A DNA stretch of 64,000 nt from positions 142,414,001-142,478,000 of the forward strand of contig OZ024743.1 in the NCBI GenBank assembly GCA_964016885.1, given 5' to 3'. Shown in pieces: positions 54,201 to 64,000 of this stretch; positions within the stretch are counted from its first letter, which is position 1, and every line of letters begins with the position of its first letter. This DNA comes from Eledone cirrhosa (lineage: Eukaryota). The notes under the pieces were generated by a model. It made no database searches, was not told the origin of the DNA, and saw nothing but the letters and a program-made list of their open reading frames with translations. The position numbers were made by a program, and so were the translations under genes.

Positions 54201-55582
54201 AACGCAATTAAAAACACCATTAGAAATTTCATTAAAAACTCCATTAAAAATCATATTTAAAGTCAATTAGAACCCTTATTATAAATTCCATTAAAACCCA
54301 TTAAGTATCCAATTGAAAAATCCATTAAGAGCTCATTAAAAATACTCCATTAAAAACCCAATTAAAAATCATTAAAACGCATTTAAACACCATAAAAACA
54401 CAATTAAAACGCCATTAAAAAGACCATTAAAAACTCCATTAAAACATCCTTGAATCTATTAAAAATTTCATTAAAAACGCAATCAAAAATTCCATTAAAA
54501 ACCCATTTAAAAACTCATAAACAACACCATTGAAAACCCAATTAAAAACTCCATAAAAAACCCATCAAACACCATCGAAAATCCCATTAAAACACCATTA
54601 AAAAGCCATTAAAACCCAATTTTAAACGCAATTAAAAACTGAATTAAAACACTATTAAAAACTCATAAAAAAAGGCTCATAAATAATGGGGTTTTCAATT
54701 GTTTTTTATGAAATTTATAATATGGCTTTTAATGAACTTTTTAATGGGCTTTTAGTGGAGTTTTTAATGGATTTTTATGGAATTTTTAATGACATTATTA
54801 ATGGTTTTTTAATTGGGCTTTTTGTGATGTTTTAATGGCGTTTTTATGACATTTTATTGTGTTTTGTGGCGTTTTAATGGCGTTTTAATTGGTTTGTTAT
54901 TGGGTTTTTAATAGAGTTTTATGAACTTTTAATATGGGGTTAATGGGTTTTGAATGTGTTTTCAATGGAACTTTTAATTGAGTTTTTAATGAAATTTCTA
55001 ATGGGATGTGTAATTGAATTTTTAATTGGTTTTTAATGGGTTTAGTGGGTTTATAGTGGAGTTTTTAATGGTGTTTTAATGGTGCTTCGATTGAGTTTTT
55101 AATTGAGTTTTTAATTGAGTTTTTACTGAGTTTTTAATTGAGTTCTTATTTTATTTTATTTTATTTATTTTTTATATTTAATTTTTTTTTATTTTTTTTT
55201 ATTTTATTTTATTTTTATTTATTTTATTTTATTTTATTTTATTTTATTTTATTTATTTTATTTTATTTTATTTATATTTTTTAGTTTTTTTTATTTTATT
55301 TTATTTTATTTTTTTTTATTTTATTTTATTTTATTTTATATTATTTTATTTTATTTTATTTTATTTTATTTTATTTTTTATTTTATTTTATTTTATTTTA
55401 TTTTATTTTATTTTATTTTATTTTATTTTATTTTATTTTATTTTATTTTATTTTATTTTATTTTATTTTATTTTATTTTATTTTATTTTATTTTATTGAG
55501 TTTTTAATTTAGTTTATAATTTAGTTTATAACTTAGTTTATAATTTAGTTTATTTCTCCCTCTTCTCCCCCTACTGTCCTCT
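49414..55582. repeat. Composite macrosatellite, copy 4 (6169 bp)
   Basis: Anchor at 49414 and 55583. Confidence 0.97.
50421..50818. repeat. Long palindrome, copy 4
   Basis: Same arms, with one extra TA (398 bp). Confidence 0.95.
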
Positions 55583-56444
55583 ACAGCCAGATCTGCCTTT
55601 CTTTACCCCTGCCAAGTCTCTTCCCTCTTCTCCCCCTACTGTCCTCTACAGCCTGATCTGCCTTTCTTTACCCCTCCCTAGTCTCTTCATTATTCAGTTT
55701 TGTTTTTATCTTTCTAAAACATCCTAGTTTTAATGAAATTAAAAGGAAATAGCAATCGCTATAAGTGTGCAAGCCAGCATGTAACTTCATGTGTGTGTGT
55801 TTTTAATGGAGTTTTTAATTGAGTTTTAATTGAGTTTTAATTGAGTTTATAATGGAGATTTAAATGGAATTTTTAATTGAGTTTTAATGTAGTTTTAATG
55901 GTGTTTTATGCCGTTTTAATGGTATTTTAATGGGGTTTTTATTTGGTTTTTTATAAAGTTTTGGGTGCGCTTTTAATGGGGGTTTAATGGGTTTTCAGTG
56001 TAGTTTTTAATGACATTTTTAATGGTTTTCCAATGGAACCTTAGTGGTGTGTTAATGCAATTTTAATTGGTTTAATGGGCTTTTAATTGTGTTTTTAATG
56101 GTGTTTTAATTGAGTTTTTAATTGCGTTTTAATTGAGTTTTTATTTCGGTTTAAATTTGAGGTTTTAATGTCTTTTCGAGGGGGGGTTAATGGGGGTTTT
56201 AATGGAGTTTTAATGGGGACTTTTAATGGAAACTTTAATTTTGTTTTAATTGGGTTTTTATGGGTTTCCAATGTGGTTTTTAATGGCGCTTTTATTGGCA
56301 TTCTTAATGATGTTTTAATTGTGTTTTAATGGGGGGTTTGGTTGGGGTTTTAATGGAGTGTTTTATGAGCTTATAATGGGGTTTTTAATGGGTTTTTCAA
56401 AATAGATTTTTAATTGAATTTTTAATGTGGTTTTTAATGGGATT

Positions 56445-56497
<53 letters not shown>

Positions 56498-56560
56498 GTG
56501 TGTGTGTATATATATATATATAGTGTGTATGTATATATATATATATATATAGTGTGTGCG

Positions 56561-56592
<32 letters not shown>

Positions 56593-57176
56593 ACACAAAT
56601 ATTAGCATATACATATTTTCTTAGTAATTGAGGATGTGTTTTTTATACATACATATGCATATTGCATCCATACATACACACATACAAGCATATACATACA
56701 CATACACACACATATATATACACACACTGTATATATATACATACACACACACACATATATATATATACACCACACACTATATATATATATAGTGTGTGTG
56801 TGTATATATATATGTGTGTGTGTGTGTATGTATATATATATATACAGTGTGTGTATATATGTGTGTGTGTATGTCTATGTATATGCTTGTATGTGTGTAT
56901 GTATGTATGTATGCAATATGCATATATAAAAACACATCCTCAATGACTAAGAAATTATGTATATGCTAATATTTGTGTTAGTGTCTATATAAATGTATGT
57001 ATGTAGTATATGCAAGTGTTCGTGCAAATTGAAAATAGATTTAATAATTTCAATATCTAGAACAATGTGATCTAAAAAAAATATTTTTTAAGATACGAAT
57101 ATATCGTTGTCAGCTTAATATGGCACTAACGCAAAATATAAATCCCAGTTTATATATAGTGTGTAACATGAAAGTG

Positions 57177-57217
<41 letters not shown>

Positions 57218-57338
57218 ATATATATATATATATATATATATTTAATATATATATATATATATATATTTAATATATATATATATATATATATATTTAATAT
57301 ATATATATATATATATATATTTAATATATATATATATA

Positions 57339-57404
<66 letters not shown>

Positions 57405-57405
57405 A

Positions 57406-57443
<38 letters not shown>

Positions 57444-60400
57444 ATACACATATATATGTGTAAATATATATATACACATATATATGTGTAAATATATATA
57501 TACACATATATATATACACATATATATGTGTAAATATATATATATACATATATATGTATGTATGTATATATATATATATAAACACCATTAAAAACTCCAT
57601 TGAAAAGCTCATAAAAACTCATTAAAAACCCAATAAAAAGCACACTAAACCACCATTAAAAGCTACATCCGAAACCCATTAAAAACTATATTAAAACACC
57701 ATTAAAATTCCATTAAAAACCACATTAAAATCCATTAAAAATCCAATTAAAAACAGTAAAAACTTAATTGTAAACGTAATCGAAAGCGCAAGTAAAACAA
57801 CATTAAAACCATTTAACACCCCATTAAAACCCACAAAAATACCACCAGAACCCATTAAAATCCCATAACCGCCATTAAAATGCCATTAAAAATATTATCA
57901 AAAACTTCATTTAAAACACACTGGAAACCCATTAAACTTCATAATTCTCGTTAAAAAAAATCCATTAAAAACTCAATCAAAAACCCAATTAAAAGGCCAT
58001 AAAAGAAACATTAAAACAGCATTTAAAATACCATTAAAAACGCCATAAAAAACATTAAAATCCCATTAAAAATACATTAAAGTCCCATTAAAAATTCCAC
58101 TAAAAACCTCATTGAAAACCCCATTTAAAACCTAATTAGAAGCTCATAAAAACTCCCAAAACCCAATAAAAAAACCATTAAAACGTCATTAAAACGTCAT
58201 AAAACGCTATTAAAACGTCATTAAAAATGTCATTAAAAACTCCATTGATAACTCAATTAAAAACTGCATTTTACCCCCCTCCTCCCCCATTAAAAACACA
58301 TTAAACACTCCATTAAAATTACCATTAAAAACCAATTAAATACTCCATTAAAAACTATATTAAAACCGCAATTATAAATTCTTTAAAAATCCAATTAAAA
58401 ACCATATTATAAACTCCATTAAAAATCCAATTAAAAACCCTACTGAAAATCCCATTATAAAATTACATAAAAAACCCATAATAATAGTCCTTTAAAAAAC
58501 CAATTAAAAATCCTATTAAAACGCCATAAAAAACACCATTAAAACGTCATTAAAAATACAATTGAAAACACCATTAAAAACTACATTGCAAATTCCATTA
58601 AAAGACCCATTAAAAACTCCATTAAAAGCACCACTAAAAAGTCCATTAAAAAGCTCATAAAACCCATTAAAATACAATTAATAACCAATTAACACTCCAT
58701 TAAAAACCATTACAACAGTCATTAAAATGCCATAAAATACCATTAAAACGCCATTAAAAACGCCATTAAAATCGTCATTAAAAACCTCATTAAAAACTAC
58801 ATTAAAACTTCATTAAAAACTCCATTAAAACCTCCATTATAAACTCTATTAAACTCCATTAAAAACTCAATTAAATCCCCCATTAAACCCCCATTAAGCC
58901 CCATTAAAAGCCCCTGAAAATGCAACTAAAAACCAATTTTAAAACCCCATTAAAACACAATTAAAAGTCCATTGGAAACCCCATTAAAATTCCATTAAAA
59001 ATTCATTAAAAACTTAGTAAAAACTCGATTTTATACTCAATTAAAAAGGTAATTGAAAACTCAATTAGCACACCATTAAAAACTCATTAAAAAGCCCATA
59101 AAAACTCCATAAAAAATCTAATTGAAAAACATTAAAAATTCAGTTAAAAACCTGATTGAAAACCCCAATAAAAGTTCATTAAAAAAACTCCATTAAAAAA
59201 TCAATCAAAACCCCATTAAAATAACATTGAAACTTATCGAAGCGTCATTAAGGATACCATTAAAAAACACCATTAAAACGGCATTGAAAACCCATTATAA
59301 AAAATTAAAGGATCCGTAAAAAACACCATTATAAATCCATTAAAAAACTAATTGAAAAACCCATTAAAACTCAATTTTTAAACTAGATTAAAAACGCAAT
59401 TAAAAACGCAATTAAAAGCTCAATGAAAAACCATTAAAAACACCATTAAAAACTCTTAAAAAAAGAGCACTAGCCATTAAAACTCCATTAAAACACATTG
59501 AAACCTACTACCCCCATTAAACCCCATTAAAATTGCATTAAACACATTACACATCCATTAAAGCCCATTAGAAGGACCATCAAATATTTAAATTTAAACT
59601 AAATCAGAAACTCGCTTAAAACACCATTAAAAACACATTAAAATGTCACTAATACCATTAACAACCACACCAAAAACTCCATTAATATACCATTAAAAAC
59701 CGCATTGAAAACCCATAAAATCCCAAGTAAAGATCTTTTAAAAAACTACATTAAAAACCCAATTAAAAAACCCATTAAAACGCCATAAAAGTCATTAAAA
59801 CGTCATTTAAAGTACCATTAAAAACGTCACTAGAAACCCAATTAAAAACACATTAAAAATTCCATTTGAAACCATATTAAAAATTTCATTAAATGCAATA
59901 TTGAAAAACCCATTAAAAACACCAGTGAAAACTCATATAAATACTCAATTAAAAACCAATTAAAAATCCTATTTAAACGTCACTAAAACACCATAAAAAA
60001 CACAATTAAAACGTCATTAAAACACCATTAAACTATCATTAAAAATTACATTGAAAACACCATTAAAAATTCAATTAAAACCCCATTAAAAATCCATTAA
60101 AAAGATCATCATGAACGCACTTAAACACCATCAAAAACGCATTAAAAATTAAATTAAAAAGCAATTAATTTTTTTTATCAAACCCCCATTAAAATTCCAT
60201 TAAACACTCCATTAAAAACAACATTGAAAACCCCCATTAAAAGCTCATACAAAATTATATTAAAAACCCAATAAAAAACAATTACAACGCCATTAAAACA
60301 TCATAAAAACTCATTAAAATGTCATTTAAAATGCCATTAAAACCCTCACGGGGGGAAACGCAATTAAAAACACCATTAGAAATTTCATTAAAAACTCCAT

Positions 60401-61700
60401 TAAAAATCATATTTAAAGTCAATTAGAACCCTTATTATAAATTCCATAAAAACCCATTAAGTATCCAATTGAAAAATCCATTAAGAGCTCATTAAAAATA
60501 CTCCATTAAAAACCCAATTAAAAATCATTAAAACGCATTTAAACACCATAAAAACACAATTAAAACGCCATTAAAAACTCCATTAAAACATCCTTGAATC
60601 TATTAAAAATTTCATTAAAAACGCAATCAAAAATTCCATTAAAAACCCATTTAAAAACTCATAAACAACACCATTGAAAACCCAATTAAAAACTCCATAA
60701 AAAACCCATTAAACACCATCGAAAATCCCATTAAAACACCATTAAAAAGCCATTAAAACCCAATTTTAAACGCAATTAAAAACTGAATTAAAACACTATT
60801 AAAAACTCATAAAAAAAGGCTCATAAATAATGGGGTTTTCAATTGTTTTTTATGAAATTTATAATATGGCTTTTAATGAACTTTTTAATGGGCTTTTAGT
60901 GGAGTTTTTAATGGATTTTTATGGAATTTTTAATGACATTATTAATGGTTTTTTAATTGGGCTTTTTGTGATGTTTTAATGGCGTTTTTATGACATTTTA
61001 TTGTGTTTTGTGGCGTTTTAATGGCGTTTTAATTGGTTTGTTATTGGGTTTTTAATAGAGTTTTATGAACTTTTAATATGGGGTTAATGGGTTTTGAATG
61101 TGTTTTCAATGGAACTTTTAATTGAGTTTTTAATGAAATTTCTAATGGGATGTGTAATTGAATTTTTAATTGGTTTTTAATGGGTTTAGTGGGTTTATAG
61201 TGGAGTTTTTAATGGTGTTTTAATGGTGCTTCGATTGAGTTTTTAATTGAGTTTTTAATTGAGTTCTTATTTTATTTTATTTTATTTATTTTTTATATTT
61301 AATTTTTTTTTATTTTTTTTTATTTTATTTTATTTTTATTTATTTTATTTTATTTTATTTTATTTTATTTTATTTATTTTATTTTATTTTATTTATATTT
61401 TTTAGTTTTTTTTATTTTATTTTATTTTATTTTTTATTTTATTTTATTTTATTTTATTTTATTTTATTTTATTTTATTTTATTTTATTTTATTTTATTTT
61501 ATTTTATTTTATTTTATTTTTTATTTTATTTTATTTTATTTTATTTTATTTTATTTTATTTTATTTTATTTTATTTTATTTTATTTTATTTTATTTTATT
61601 TTATTTTATTTTATTGAGTTTTTAATTTAGTTTATAATTTAGTTTATAACTTAGTTTATAATTTAGTTTATTTCTCCCTCTTCTCCCCCTACTGTCCTCT
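55583..61700. repeat. Composite macrosatellite, copy 5 (6118 bp)
   Basis: Anchor at 55583 and 61701. Confidence 0.97.
56591..56980. repeat. Long palindrome, copy 5
   Basis: Same arms, with a 6-bp deletion in the right arm (gcatatataaaaac; 390 bp). Confidence 0.95.
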
Positions 61701-62566
61701 ACAGCCAGATCTGCCTTTCTTTACCCTTCCCAAGTCTCTTCCCTCTTCTCCCCCTACTGTCCTCTACAGCCTGATCTGCCTTTCTTTACCCCTCCCTAGT
61801 CTCTTCATTATTCAGTTTTGTTTTTATCTTTCTAAAACATCCTAGTTTTAATGAAATTAAAAGGAAATAGCAATCGCTATAAGTGTGCAAGCCAGCATGT
61901 AACTTCATGTGTGTGTGTTTTTAATGGAGTTTTTAATTGAGTTTTAATGGAGTTTTAATTGAGTTTATAATGGAGATTTAAATGGAATTTTTAATTGAGT
62001 TTTAATGTAGTTTTAATGGTGTTTTATGCCGTTTTAATGGTATTTTAATGGGGTTTTTATTTGGTTTTTTATAAAGTTTTGGGTGCGCTTTTAATAGGGG
62101 TTTAATGGGTTTTCAGTGTAGTTTTTAATGACATTTTTAATGGTTTTCCAATGGAACCTTAGTGGTGTGTTAATGCAATTTTAATTGGTTTAATGGGCTT
62201 TTAATTGTGTTTTTAATGGTGTTTTAATTGAGTTTTTAATTGCGTTTTTATTGAGTTTTTATTTCGGTTTAAATTTGAGGTTTTAATGTCTTTTCGAGGG
62301 GGGGGGGGTTAATGGGGGTTTTAATGGAGTTTTAATGGGGACTTTTAATGGAAACTTTAATTTTGTTTTAATTGGGTTTTTATGGGTTTCCAATGTGGTT
62401 TTTAATGGCGCTTTTATTGGCATTCTTAATGATGTTTTAATTGTGTTTTAATGGGGGGTTTGGTTGGGGTTTTAATGGAGTGTTTTATGAGCTTATAATG
62501 GGGTTTTTAATGGGTTTTTCAAAATAGATTTTTAATTGAATTTTTAATGTGGTTTTTAATGGGATT

Positions 62567-62600
<34 letters not shown>

Positions 62601-62674
62601 TATAATATATAGTGTGTGTGTATATATATATATATAGTGTGTATGTATATATATATATATATATAGTGTGTGCG

Positions 62675-62706
<32 letters not shown>

Positions 62707-63326
62707 ACACAAATATTAGCATATACATATTTTCTTAGTAATTGAGGATGTGTTTTTTATACATACATATGGATATTGCATCCATACATACACACATACA
62801 AGCATATACATACACATACACACACATGTATATACACACACTGTATATATATACATACACACACACACATATATATATATACACCACACACTATATATAT
62901 ATATAGTGTGTGTGTGTATATATATATGTGTGTGTGTGTGTATGTATATATATATATACAGTGTGTGTATATATGTGTGTGTGTATGTCTATGTATATGC
63001 TTGTATGTGTGTATGTATGTATGTATGCAATATGCATATGTATGTATAAAAACACATCCTCAATGACTAAGAAATTATGTATATGCTAATATTTGTGTTA
63101 GTGTCTATATAAATGTATGTATGTAGTATATGCAAGTGTTCGTGCAAATTGAAAATAGATTTAATAATTTTAATAATATCTAGAACAATGTGATCTAAAA
63201 AAAATATTTTTTAAGATACGAATATATCGTTGTCAGCTTAATATGGCACTAACGCAAAATATAAATCCCAGTTTATATATAGTGTGTAACATGAAAGTGG
63301 AATATATATATATATATATATATATA

Positions 63327-63400
<74 letters not shown>

Positions 63401-63497
63401 TATATATATATATATATATTTAATATATATATATATATATATATATTTAATATATATATATATATATATATATTTAATATATATATATATATATATA

Positions 63498-63563
<66 letters not shown>

Positions 63564-63564
63564 A

Positions 63565-63604
<40 letters not shown>

Positions 63605-64000
63605 ATACACATATATATGTGTAAATATATATATACACATATATATGTGTAAATATATATATACACATATATATATACACATATATATGTGTAAATATAT
63701 ATATATACATATATATATACACATATATATGTGTAAATATATATATATACATATATATGTATGTATATATATATATATATAAACACCATTAAAAACTCCA
63801 TTGAAAAGCTAATAAAAACTCATTAAAAACCCAATAAAAAGCACACTAAACCACCATTAAAAGCTACATCCGAAACCCATTAAAAACTATATTAAAACAC
63901 CATTAAAATTCCATTAAAAACCACATTAAAATCCATTAAAAATCCAATTAAAAACAGTAAAAACTTAATTGTAAACTCAATCGAAAGCGCAAGTAAAACA
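61701..64000. repeat. Composite macrosatellite, copy 6 (partial, continues beyond the window, near-identical to copy 3)
   Basis: Anchor at 61701. Six ORF-track translations are identical to those in copy 3 at a constant offset of 18852 bp. Confidence 0.97.
62705..63100. repeat. Long palindrome, copy 6
   Basis: Same arms and the same private variants as copy 3. Confidence 0.95.

Noticed and set aside
31270-63801. Short ORFs in the 6-kb units (YIYI/HTHT/VCVC-rich, MPIKAPLK..., MALTQNINP...)
   Set aside because: They are translations of microsatellites or satellite monomers, and they are frameshifted between near-identical units by homopolymer and dinucleotide length changes.
1-64000. CRISPR array or cyanobacterial STRR-type heptamer repeats
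   Set aside because: There is no constant repeat with unique spacers and no cas or other genes. The scale and the microsatellite content fit eukaryotic heterochromatin, not a prokaryotic genome.
30758-64000. Tandem gene array (5S rDNA, snRNA, spliced leader, histone, tRNA) or mitochondrial control region
   Set aside because: Only about 115 bp and 200 bp per unit are non-satellite, and I recognise no RNA gene, Pol III A/B box or coding sequence in them. An Infernal/Rfam scan would be needed to exclude this fully.

Overview
The window is entirely repetitive DNA, apparently eukaryotic. I can support no protein-coding or RNA gene in it. It has two halves. (1) Positions 1-30757 are a single-orientation, almost T-free heptamer array, (CCAA[A/G]CA)n, read on the minus strand as (TTGGTG[T/C])n. 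Variant heptamers form cassettes that recur in nested duplications from about 0.2 to 6.7 kb. (2) Positions 30758-64000 are a tandem array of a composite ~6-kb unit, with five full copies (5926, 6165, 6565, 6169 and 6118 bp) and one partial copy. Each unit carries a 65-bp pyrimidine-rich direct repeat, a T-oriented block of a degenerate 10-11-bp satellite (TTTTAATGG-like), a ~396-bp spacerless near-perfect palindrome, ~200 bp of unique AT-rich DNA, compound (TA)n tracts, ~3.3 kb of the same satellite in the opposite orientation (CCATTAAAAA-like), an abrupt switch back to the T orientation, and an (ATTTT)n tract. The two arrays join sharply at a 5-bp microhomology (ACAGC) that truncates the first unit. 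The most interesting candidates are a possible non-canonical telomere/subtelomere arrangement, the foldback-like 6-kb unit with its long palindrome, and an emerging three-unit (~18.85-kb) higher-order repeat. All functional readings are inference. All coordinates and offsets were counted by eye or taken from the supplied ORF track.
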